DNA of 64,000 nucleotides from Mizuhopecten yessoensis (Eukaryota): contig NW_018408912.1 of assembly GCF_002113885.1 (NCBI RefSeq), positions 1 through 64,000 on the forward strand, written 5' to 3'. Both the position numbers and the translations under genes were made by a program. This document shows, piece after piece, positions 52,891 to 64,000 of the stretch. Under the pieces are notes generated by a model. The model made no database searches. It was not told the DNA's origin and saw only the letters and a program-made list of their open reading frames with translations. Positions within the stretch are counted from its first letter, which is position 1, and the number at the start of each line of letters is the position of its first letter.

Positions 52891-55210
52891 CTATATCAAT
52901 ATATATTATATATATATATTTACAAATGCTCTTGCTTTACACATTAATAGATTTGTACGAAAGGGTATTGATGATTGATTTAATTGTTTGTTAAAGATTT
53001 TGCGATAAAAGTGTACAGCTTATCATGCTACATAAGCATGCATACTATAATATCATACATGTACTTGGCATTGCATCGGAAAGTACTTAAAGTTAAATAA
53101 TTGAATTTAAGAAACCCTATTATAATGTCGGTAGTTATGGGAGGCCGTAACAAACTTGCTTTAGGTGTAGTACATACCGAAACAGATCACCAAAGTATTG
53201 TCAACTTAACCGTCTCTGTAAAAATATGTCTGTCTTTCAAGTCAATTTCGTTGATAGATAAAAGTGAAAATCTGTATACAGAAATATCTAAAAGTATAAG
53301 TTGTATATATATTATTAAGGTTAGGAACAAATGCGAATGTTATTACTGAATGAAAAGTAGGTCTGTGTGTGTCATCAAGTTAGCGGACACACCTCACTCG
53401 GCGCTAATGATGTCTTGGTAGACCTAGCGAGAGATTAACTGGATCAAGAATTGTATATACAGTGTAGGAGCCTCCAAGCTATGCGATATCAAATATTAAT
53501 ATCTACAAATGAAATCGATACAGTTTTATTAGATTCAATTGATAATAATATAGGTTTATAGTATGGTTAATGCCAATGCCTGTTCACTTCCACCCTCTGA
53601 TTTAACCAAAGTTATTAATTCATCTGTACCTTTATTGACCTTTAGTGAAATAAACTTATATGAGTTACTTTCCACTAAACTTTCTTCACTGTTAATTTGC
53701 GGATACTTCTTACATACTGGTAAGTTTTGGTGTAATATGGGAACGCCTACGTGTACAAATTCAATTAACATAGATATAGTGGCAGCTTTATGATAAAAAT
53801 AAGTTCAATAATGCTTACCGAATGAACAAATGATTTCTCTCTATCCAAAGGCTGATGATACAATAGTGTAGCGTTTCATCAGTGTAAGTCGTGAGAGTTG
53901 TCGTTATCAGATACGTATGTCATTTATTACATATTCTTACTAAAAAATGAACAATAATTTAATCAAGGGAATTATAAATACAGTGTCATTTATCTACATA
54001 CATCACGTATCGCTACTATTACACAGCTATAGAAAATAAATATCTTTTTCGCATTCATTTATTCACCCGTTTAATAACAGTAAGTTAATGTAAGCTATTA
54101 CAGATCTTGGTTTAAAGTGACCTTGGGTTCAAATACAACTACAGAAAACATTGAAACAAGAAGGATCAAAGCCTTAAAGGAATGTGTTTAATACCGAAGT
54201 GCCAGATAGCTTGTAGAATTCAAAATGGGTCAGGTAATGAATATGTGTTGGTGTCAACCAATCAGATTCGTGTGCAATTATGGCATCTCTTCCATCTTAC
54301 TACTTCATTAATTAAAACTGACAGAAAACCTTAAATCACGAAACATACGTTTCACAATTTGCTTCAAACGTTTCTTTTCGTGAGCATTTGAATTCGACAA
54401 ATAGTTGCATTTTACTTGATTTCAGAACCTTTTCTCCTTGTATTGCTAAGCGTAATGTATATCTCATGAAATATATTTATCTTATTTACATTATATACTA
54501 TTGAGTCAATTATACTGTAAATCTTTATTTGTATGTGTCGTTACAGGATAATCAAGCTGTATATATTTTCCCAATGTATCAACAATATACTTTTTTAGGT
54601 GCATTACAGCGTGCAAATGGTCATTATAAAGGAAAACCTAATATTACACTTTTATAAAAAAGTAAGTCTTGCAATTTAATGTGTATAAACTATAAATTGA
54701 TTTCTAGCATTTCTATATGAGGCATAACAGAGCAGGCGATTACCCATTAACAATACACCATATACGTCCAATTATTTCAACAGTGACCTTAACCTACATG
54801 CTGTAACATATTTTGCATTAATTATCAACTCGTATAAACTTATAGTTTATTTCTAAATGTTGTGAGATTGATATTAACAATGAAATCGATTTGTTTGAGT
54901 TGTTGTTTAATGTCTGAAGGGCCTTGTCAAACTAAATATTGAGGACAATACTTATTTATGAACAAGCGTTTTGTGTCCCATTCATACACGTTTATTTATT
55001 GTTTGGTTTTCCAGATATCGAGATACGTTTTATTAACTGATATATACTTAGCCTTTGTAAAGCATTTAGATAAAGTATATGATTCGTTATGATAACAATT
55101 AACAACAAATTTTCTGAAATTTAACAACATATTAAGTTTGTGTATTCTTGTACGTTGCAGGAACTATTCTATGAGATGTATAATTTCTGAAGACAAAACC
55201 AGATACAAAG

Positions 55211-56563
55211 ATGAAAAAACAAGGCACGGTTGATAGACTAAAAATAAAGGGGACGCCGGCTCCTCGGAACACTCCGACGTCACCCTTGTTGTCAATGTCA
55301 AAGGCAAACAGAGCGAGTAATCCGAATGTGGCAGCCGTTGATAGATCGTATGAGTTTGTCTTGCGCAAAGCAAATAGGAAAGCTTTGGAGCAGATGCCAG
55401 CAGGGCCTAGTCATATCACAAGACGCATGGACTTCCTAAATAGAATTCAAAATGCAAATTTTGGAATATCCACCATGGACTCTCCCTATATCACAAGTGA
55501 AGGGACGGTCGTAGATGATCAACCTAAATTTGTTCTTTGTGGACAACCTTTAAATGGATGTTCCTCAAAATCATTTGTAAAGTACTTCAGTGACCAAAGA
55601 GTGGGAAGTTATAAAACATCTGCACAGGAGATGTATCGAGCGCGCCACAATATTAAAACCAGAGCTCGAAGTGAACCCGCATGGAGAACAACAGACAATC
55701 GAAATGGTGACAGTTCTTCAGCAAAAACAGAGTTCAAAGACAATAGAAGTATGCATTCATCATCTTTTATATCTGTTCCTTCCTCTGCTAGCGAGAGTGT
55801 CACTTTTCCTGCCATGAGACCATCTCCAGTAGATAGAAACAAGTCATCTTTCGAACTAAAAGGCAGAAGCTTCAAACCGGTCAACGGTCTTAACCTGGGC
55901 TTCTCTTCGTCCGTCAGTGGAGATTTCGTAATATCAAAATCACCATCTAGGGTATCGAAAGACGACAAGAAGGAAACCGTCAATACAACTACTGCTCCCA
56001 ATGAATCCGGTAAAGCTGGCAGTGCTTTCTTACATATAAATAATGATCCACAAGAAGTGACAATTGCACCTGAAAACGGCACAGAATTCCCTAAGTACAA
56101 TAAGTCGTTCGCAAAGAAAGGAGTACGATTCTTTAACAATCCGTACAGACTCCTCAAAAACAGGGAAAGACAGGTAGCTATTAGAACTCAAAACTTAGAC
56201 ATGAAATCAGTACAGAAAATAACAAATATGAACACTGACAATCCATCAGAGTCGGAGAAAGTTCTGGAAAATTTACCAAAAGGTGAATCATCTGAGCAAC
56301 TCCTACTTGAAATGATGTTTGATGTGAACGGGCAAAGGACACGTAGGTCGCACGTTAGTGGAAAATACTCTGACATCGCTCTCCACAGAGACTTAGACGA
56401 ATACATGGTTGTCCGGACGCCACCATCTTCAACTAGAGACTCACCCGTTAAGTCACACAGGGGCAAGAGTGGCAGAAGGTACTTAGACGAGCTTGAAGAG
56501 GAGTCACATTGGGCTGGGAATGACATCAGTGAAGCTCGAATAATAAACAGGATTTCAACGTAG
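55211..56563 (+). CDS. Uncharacterised 450-aa Ser/Lys/Arg-rich protein, single coding exon
   Basis: Long non-repetitive ORF with a ttgcag acceptor ending at 55160 and in-frame stops between the acceptor and the ATG. No domain recognised. Confidence 0.85.
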   Translation: MKKQGTVDRLKIKGTPAPRNTPTSPLLSMSKANRASNPNVAAVDRSYEFVLRKANRKALEQMPAGPSHITRRMDFLNRIQNANFGISTMDSPYITSEGTVVDDQPKFVLCGQPLNGCSSKSFVKYFSDQRVGSYKTSAQEMYRARHNIKTRARSEPAWRTTDNRNGDSSSAKTEFKDNRSMHSSSFISVPSSASESVTFPAMRPSPVDRNKSSFELKGRSFKPVNGLNLGFSSSVSGDFVISKSPSRVSKDDKKETVNTTTAPNESGKAGSAFLHINNDPQEVTIAPENGTEFPKYNKSFAKKGVRFFNNPYRLLKNRERQVAIRTQNLDMKSVQKITNMNTDNPSESEKVLENLPKGESSEQLLLEMMFDVNGQRTRRSHVSGKYSDIALHRDLDEYMVVRTPPSSTRDSPVKSHRGKSGRRYLDELEEESHWAGNDISEARIINRIST

Positions 56564-58880
56564 TAATTCCAATAGTGTTTAGTAATGTCACCTGTCTGTT
56601 CAGATGCCAAGCCTTGTGGCAACATCACAGCAGTAATAATGTTTCATTTTAACTACAATATATATACCAATGCTATTCTTTTTCAATATTAGAAATCATT
56701 TTGGTTGTCTTAAGGAAGAACAGGACAAAGAAAGTCATTTAAAGTTGAGTTAACAGGAAAATTATATTTACTTCAGATCAAAGTTGGTATTATTTTGTAT
56801 CAAGTAATTAACTTAAAGGTATTTAAAGATATATATATTATTTAGCTTATTGAAACAAAAATGCATATTTACTGCTATACTATGAATGGTCTGACCATGA
56901 TTCTAACTGCTGTTTTCGATCAGCCTCATTAAGCGAAACTCTCAAAATTGAGATCACTATTAACTGTATGAATTAAAGCATATAATATATGAATGAAAAG
57001 ATTGGTGATTGCTTAGAGATGTTGAGCATAGATAACACATCAATAATAACAAACCTGTATGTGAAACGGAATAGATCGGGCGACGTATTGCTATTTTTAT
57101 TCCAAATACTGAGCAAATGATGACAAACATTCTTTATATATTATGATGTTACCGAATCCTTTACAAGACGCAAAACTGAAATTGTTTCGTGTCTACATTT
57201 TGGGCACACTGCGTCACTACTGCCGGTTTTACCGATTCACTCACTCATTTACCTTCGAATTCAGGACGGATTAACTATCGAGCTGTTTTTTTCTGAGTTC
57301 TGAAACAGACATCTAAGGTCTGAATATTAACATGTCTGCCAACTTTTATGCCTGAAAATGAAACACAAAATGTTACAGGACCTGATTACTCTTTATAAAG
57401 GAAACGATTACTATACAGTGTTACTAGGTTTAGATTTCCTTAAAAATACTTACATTGTCATGCATGATAATGGTTTAAGTTTAGCGACAATGATATCGTC
57501 GATATTAGATTTATAAATATATAATCAAAGTACATTATAAAAGATGTGAGTAAATTGACCTAAAGACGTAACATTCTTCATACACGCTGTTAATGTATTA
57601 GCTCTACATGTGATTTAACAACTGATCACCTGAAGAGCTGATACTGTAAACATGCTGGTATAACACATGATCTGTTTGGTTGACATCAGAATTCTTGGAT
57701 TTGGCAAACAGGAACATCCTTAGTTATTTATAACATGAGCGTCCCTGCACGTTATTTTTCATATTCACGTGATCAAATAGACTTAAGTCTTCAAACTTAA
57801 TTATCAATCTTCCGTGTTTTACATAAAGTAAACTTTACATGTTCGTATATCCATTTTGCAACATTTCAGTATTAAACACATATTTTTATGTATATTATAC
57901 TCATTGTTGTCTAATTTTTGTACTTGTTGAAATCATTAAAATGTGATATCACAAGAAAAGCATGTAATTGCGTTATAAAATATGTTTCTCATTGCTTCAA
58001 CATGTACTGTCACTGTGCTTGCTGTTCGGAACGAAATGTGTTGCTCTATACACCATACACGACTCGTTGACCTTGCGGATGACAAACCAGACAAAACGAA
58101 TCTACAAAGTATTTTGTGTGCTGATAAGTTTTTGCTAACTTTTAGCTATGTTCGTAGCGTAAATAGTCAAGAGACCAATGACTTTTAATAGCATGCCATT
58201 AACTCTATCTATGATATTAGTGTCTTGAATTAAGGGATTGATTTCTGCTCAGTTTTATCAGCATATTTACACTTAATTACTAGTAAATGTAAAAGTGGCC
58301 TTTTCATTCCCATTCCAATACTATTATACGTCCAGAGTCAAGTTTTATTGCCACTGTAGATGGAAACATCATTCAAAAAATGTCTAAACTGACTTGAAAA
58401 GAAGGACTAACGACTTTAAGTTAAAGGTGTAAGGGAGACAACTCGGCATGCCCCCGACAATTCGATAGATATATCCAGCCTATAACGTTACATGAATAAG
58501 TTGCCTATAATTCACCCATAATTCCTTTCTTCTTTTTTCCAAAAATCATTTTCGCGTCTTCATTAGCAAGAAAACGTAACCTTGAACTTTCATACTGTCA
58601 TCGATCGAAATATGAACAAGACGATTTTTATTTTGTTACATACATGCTTTTTACTTTGCAACTTCGGTCAGCACCGTAATGAAAAATTAGTGACGAACAA
58701 ATAAAAAATACAGTCTGGAGCAAATCTAAATGTACTTTAAGTTCCTTTTTATATGCATGTCATTGCCATCACACCTGTTATGGATGTTACGACAAACTGA
58801 TATATAAATCACTCACACAGATTCCCTAAAAGTATCAACCACATTGACATTTTACTGCAGAAGGAATGTCGAAGTGTTAT

Positions 58881-59119
58881 GGTTCAAGTCTGGGGTGGTG
58901 TAATCCAACCGTAAACGATTCCCTAACCAATTCAAGTCTGGGGTGGTGTAATCCCACCGTAAATGATGCCCTAACCGGTTCAAGTCTGGGGTGATGTAAT
59001 CCAACCGTAAATGATGCCCTAACGGTTCAAGTCTGGGGTGGTGTTATCCAACCGTGAATGATGCCCTAACCGGTTCGAGTCTGGGGTGGTGTTATCCTAC
59101 CGTAAATGATGCCCTAACC
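58881..59119. repeat. 48-bp tandem repeat, 5 copies
   Basis: Unit ggttcaagtctggggtggtgtaatccaaccgtaaatgatgccctaacc. Confidence 0.92.
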
Positions 59120-61075
59120 AATGGTCTGACTGAAAGAAAAAACAACAGTGACAATAATATTTCCCTTCAAAGAACCACACTCAGATTTCTGTAAGCGACC
59201 ACTGAACTTGTTAACCGCCGACCGGATATTCAATATTACATCATAAACATTTACCTCCAAATAGTGGGTTTTTTTTCGACAGAAATCTACAAATTGATGA
59301 TTAGCTGTGGAACCAATTTGTCAAAACCGATGTCTCAGATGAATGGTTTTGTTTTGTTTTTAAATATTGATGATTTTATTAAATAATGGTATGTTTCAAA
59401 ACAGGTATTACTATTTTTGACAAAGCATGGAAGCCAAATTTTCCTCATATTATGGGGCCTCTCAAGCGTCATAAAGTTTCATAGAAATTGTAGTAAGCAT
59501 TCAACCCGATCATATTACTTTTTGCTTTGGGCTATCAAGCAGTCAAACAGAAAAAATTATAAGGGAAAATACAATATAGATGTCCAAATTGTAACAGAGC
59601 AGCAGATCAATATCCTTTAATGTCCGTTAACAGAGGCAACAGAGACAGAAACCCCCAACTCTTACACCGGGCTAAACAGCAGGCTGTTACATGTAGATCA
59701 TGTTTGTTTATCTACGTGTCACATTTTCCAGTGTGGTTGTACGGTTTACTATTTTATTATCAGATTCAATCTTTGCAATTTTCGTTTCAATCTCAATAAC
59801 GTCTCATTTGTTCTTAATATTATCCTAAAGAAAATTCCCAATAAAAGAAACAAATCCAACGACATTGCAACATTTATTATAATTCCAACAAACATTAAAT
59901 ATTGAAAAAACATCAACAGACTAAATTGAACAACTATAAATGCTATAACATGTAATACATGACCTGCATATATTACAAAATTATTAAAACAACAAAAAGT
60001 TATTGCTACAATGTACAACTTAATATTACATTTTTAAATCTATTTGCTAGCTTCCCAAATATTATGTCATACATTGTTTGGGAGGAACACCTATCATAAC
60101 CAAGTGAGTATGAAATGTTAAAAGTTTTAGCGTATACATACATATGTACTATTGTCATGGTCTCTCCATATTTACCTGTCACCATCACATTACCATATAA
60201 CATGTTATCGAAATCAATATATCACTATATCATGTATTGAAAGTCTGAAGTATGAATACGGGAAACCCTTTTCATCCGAAATATATCGGTGTTGGTTTAT
60301 ATGATCGTTTCTGTATATTTGACCAGATATGTATCCCGCTAATCCAGCATGTTAGTATAACAACTACACAGATAATTGATATTCTATAGGTTTTAACAGG
60401 CGTGTTTTCCCCGCTGATTTTCTGTATTTCACATCACTACTTTCATGCTTTGCTACTCTAACGACAAAATTGTAGAATAAACAACGAAGGCATGACTCGA
60501 GGAATGTTCTATCATTATTATTAGCTGTAATTACATATGCAAACTGAGTGTATACTAATAAAAACATGACAAAATAACAGTGGCATCAGTAGCTTTCAAA
60601 TGCATTGTAATTATATATATATCTTCAAACTTAAGAAACTGCAAGACGCTGCATGCAATCGTACAACAACAACAACAACAATATCAACAACAACATTAAC
60701 AGCATTAACAGTTTGTGCCTCCCTAGCTCGACCACATGTTCCATTCACAAAATGATCATTGTCCAAACAAATTATCTATATCGACGTCAGGAATATATTT
60801 CGGATTTTTTTTTTTCTCACGGCTCGGCAAAATGTTGCCCATCTCTCTATTTTCCTCTCACTCGCCCTGTGAGGTATTTAAGGAATTCCATAACTTCTTG
60901 TGCACTGGATAAAAGACAATAACAATGTTTCACTTTTCTGTAAAAATAAATTTGTCTATTTGAAATTATCTGCATTTTACTTTCAACTATTACAAAAATA
61001 TTTCTTATAAAATATGTTGGCAAAAACGTAAGCATTTAGGGTTGTGTCCGTAAAGTGAAAGCAATCTGTTACCTG

Positions 61076-61240
61076 TTATCTATTTCTGATGTCGTCTACC
61101 CGGTTCTGTTTGTCGTCTTTATCATCATCAGGACTGCCGCACGTACACTTCCATAAACAGTACAGGTATATACCTATAAATAGGAAGGTACCTAGTCCTG
61201 CCGTGATACCAATGAATTGGTTGCTGGTGAACAGATTTTC
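61076..61240 (-). CDS. Exon 3 of an 88-aa type I membrane microprotein (TM helix, Cys cluster, acidic tail)
   Basis: Poly-T + ctcag acceptor. Encodes ENLFTSNQFIGITAGLGTFLFIGIYLYCLWKCTCGSPDDDKDDKQNRVDDIRNR-stop; phase 0. Confidence 0.8.
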   Translation of the reverse strand, partial: ENLFTSNQFIGITAGLGTFLFIGIYLYCLWKCTCGSPDDDKDDKQNRVDDIRNR

Positions 61241-61813
61241 CTGAGAAAAAAAAAACTGTTTTAGTTCTCATTACTTTATAACGTATTTCTGATTATTTCA
61301 CACTGTCAATACAATAAGTATAACTGGTGTAAATTATCTAATTTTTTGAATTTTTACAAAATTTTCCATATTTGCTAAAAACCCAGAGAACTTGACCAAC
61401 CTGTATTGCCCACCGTTTTAAGGCAGTTTTCTATCGCATCAAACAAACAAAGTTACATCAAAGACAAGAAAAACAAAAATAGGGTTACTGTGCTGTTGTT
61501 TTGAACATAAGATGGGCTACTGCGAATCATAGGAATATTCCTCTACTAAACTGTATTAAATACTGTCATAAATGTTTAAAAAAAAATCATTTCAAGCAAT
61601 AAATATAGTAGCGGTTCTGGCCATACATTAACGTTATAAAAGCAATCTATTATTATAACGTTTGATTTACAATATGTATATAAAACATTCCATGCATTCC
61701 TACCAAAATAAACTGGAATTAAAGTACCGATCCTTTGTTTATTATATCGTGACATTAATTATCATTTAAATAATATCTGTTATTTTATATGACACAATGG
61801 GAAAATGTGTTAC

Positions 61814-61848
61814 CGTCGTGTCCTCCGTTGAATTTCCACACATAATAC
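61814..61848 (-). CDS. Exon 2 of the 88-aa membrane microprotein
   Basis: gtcttacag acceptor and G|gtaac donor; 35 nt encoding (G)IMCGNSTEDTT; phase 1 in, phase 0 out. Confidence 0.75.
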
Positions 61849-62031
61849 CTGTAAGACAGAAGAAAACAACAATACATGTGTTAAGTCTATAAAAGTATGA
61901 TTTAATTAATGACGGATAACATGGTTTTCAGTTAACCATAACTTTGACAGCAAAAGACTACGATTGAATGACGAACGGATACAAATATCGAGATTATACT
62001 AATTTGATATATTACCACTACACCTACTCAC

Positions 62032-62098
62032 CATCAACTGTACATAGTAAGAGTATAAGGACCACGTGCCACTGATGGCAGGATTTTGTTTGTTCCAT
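62032..62098 (-). CDS. Exon 1 of the 88-aa membrane microprotein (signal peptide)
   Basis: MEQTKSCHQWHVVLILLLCTVD followed by a G|gtgagt donor in phase 1. Confidence 0.75.
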
Positions 62099-62504
62099 CT
62101 CCTCTACACCATTTTTCCTGGATTCACTTTGTACTAAGTTGAGTTAATCGTTTGTTCTTGGTTTGGTTTGCAATAGGTTGTAGTTTAGTTCCATTATAAC
62201 AGAGTAGTTCGTTAACTCACTGCATTTTACAATCTTAATTAATGCAGTAGTCAGGTCTTATCATTAGGGATTGTGAGCTAATCTCGTCTGTGATCTCGCG
62301 TGTCTTTTGATAAAGCACACTAGTATAGGCCGTGGTATAAAATTGGATTGATATCAATCGCTTAGGTTGGAGCTCACGTCTTACTATTGTTCTATTTGTA
62401 TAGATTCACGTATATAAATATACCACAATCAAACAAAGACACTTGGACAATTACTTCGTACTAAGTACAAGACTTCACTGGTATTTACTTGTGATATTTT
62501 GTAG

Positions 62505-62722
62505 ACTTTGTTACGTTAAACTACACTGAAGTACTTGTGTCTACTGGTTTTGATTTGTGAGATGCTGCTGACTTTGTTACGGTAAACTACACTGAAGTAC
62601 TTGTGTCTACTGGTTTTGATTTGTGAGATGTTACTCACTTTGTTACGGTACACTACACTGAAGTACTAGTATCTACTGGTTTTGATTTGTGAGATGTTGC
62701 TGACTTTGTTACGGTACACTAC
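62505..62722. repeat. ~66-bp tandem repeat, ~3.3 copies
   Basis: Repeated 'ctttgttacggta.actacactgaagtacttgtgtctactggttttgatttgtgagatg'. Confidence 0.9.
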
Positions 62723-63772
62723 AGTCACAGTTATGATAACTGGATTAGGTGTGATGATTAGGTATATGGCAGATGGCAAATTACGGATGCTTTCATGCTT
62801 GGATAAACTGAGAAACCGCTGGAAAGAACGCTTAAGATATAGCATACTTTTTATGGTAAGCATATTTCTTTTTTTTTCTTTTTTGATCATTTTATCTTAT
62901 TTTCACTTTTACATGCATGCGTTATTTAATCTGATTCATAATTTCTTATTTGGTATTCCTTCTTCTATGCATTCATAAGCATATTTTACTATGTGTCTCT
63001 ATATGGAAATACATTAAGCATTTCTTTTCTGTATCATTGCGAATTTGAGCATGACTTTCCTTCCCTCTCTACTTTTTGATGCACAGTTACCAGCTTATTC
63101 TCCCCTTTTACATGATGATATAAAGTCTGATATTTTGTTAGAAACAACCAGGCCGAGTCACTCGGTTGGGGCTTGGCAATTGTAGGTTGTTTGAATTACC
63201 ATTGTTGTTTTAAACGTTGTTTCCCACGGATTCCTTGTGCTGATTGTTAGTGATGTTTCCATACAATATACGATTGCTGTTGTCTCTTTATCAGGAGCAG
63301 ATTGCTCTTAAATTTTGAAATTGAGTTTGTCCGCACTGTTGGCTATCACTACATATTAGTTAAAGCTTCGAACCGGCCACAGGAAAAACGGAATGATTAA
63401 ATACTATTGCTATAGCTAAATAGTATTTATTCATGTAATTTAAATGTTCAATGTTCGTGCCTTGGAGAACATTAACTCGAAAAACTACAAATTGTATTGT
63501 CCACACTGACGTTAATATACATTAGCTTAGTAACCATGTATTCTTATTTACTATTAGACCCCTGAAAATTGCTTATTGTTCACACCAACCTACCCAGGAA
63601 CCTGTCCGTGGTGGCCTGTTAATACTGATTTCACTGCAAATACATATTTTAATTAACACTTCGCCTCATTACCACCCTTAGTGTCGAGAATCTTTAAAAC
63701 GTTTGAGTGTTAATTTGTTTCTTGCAGTTCTACATTGATTTCCAATATTTCAGCATAACAACGTTGTAATCC

Positions 63773-64000
63773 ATGTCTGTGTATGTTTATTTGAAGAGGT
63801 TTCAGATTATTCCCGTTACTGGTGCCATTGTTTTATTCTTCGCTGAGGATCCGGACAATATGTTCCGTTACAGCTGGCTGGCCGGACCTGTCCTGTATGT
63901 CACCGGTTACGCCTTGACGAAACTGAAAGAGTCATCTTTCCTCCTTGAAGACGAAGTAATATCCAAAAAAGGTAGCCATGACAAATATAATGTCAAGCAT
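63773..64000 (+). CDS. 5' part of a probable coding exon, open to the window edge; product unknown
   Basis: MSVYVYLKRFQIIPVTGAIVLFFAEDPDNMFRYSWLAGPVLYVTGYALTKLKESSFLLEDEVISKKGSHDKYNVKH..., 76 codons with no stop, raised GC, and candidate acceptors ending at 63727 and 63753. Confidence 0.5.
   Translation, partial: MSVYVYLKRFQIIPVTGAIVLFFAEDPDNMFRYSWLAGPVLYVTGYALTKLKESSFLLEDEVISKKGSHDKYNVKH

Noticed and set aside
55609-56628. Antisense ORFs of 182 and 146 aa (and the similar ones at 27279-28478)
   Set aside because: They are shadows of the real CDS on the opposite strand.
59749-60018. 89-aa hydrophobic ORF (likewise 62682-62978 and 4828-5025)
   Set aside because: T-rich low-complexity or repeat-derived sequence produces the hydrophobic translation, with no splice or codon support.

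Overview
This is AT-rich eukaryotic (animal) genomic DNA. The repeat families resemble those of bivalve molluscs (inference, not verified). It is not prokaryotic, and I saw no CRISPR array, rRNA or tRNA. Genes reconstructed by hand: (1) a six-exon minus-strand gene (20210->8491, 376 aa, all splice phases consistent) resembling C7orf31/SPMIP4 (DUF4555); (2) two oppositely oriented orphan ORFs of 461 and 450 aa, each in a single coding exon; (3) a three-exon, 88-aa type I membrane microprotein (62098->61076) that the ORF track misses; (4) a + strand ORF running off the right edge. Mobile DNA: a ~3.1-kb relic of a Polinton/Maverick (adintovirus-like) element (4359-7480) with ~500-bp inverted repeats, a subterminal hairpin in each, and the decayed C-terminus of a protein-primed DNA polymerase B. 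There is also an old LINE split by a 609-bp MITE with a 9-bp TSD, a younger 5'-truncated L2/CR1-group LINE, Helentron/HINE-like elements and about ten minisatellites. The four long ORFs at 23.4-25.4 kb are artefacts of a 30-bp tandem array.
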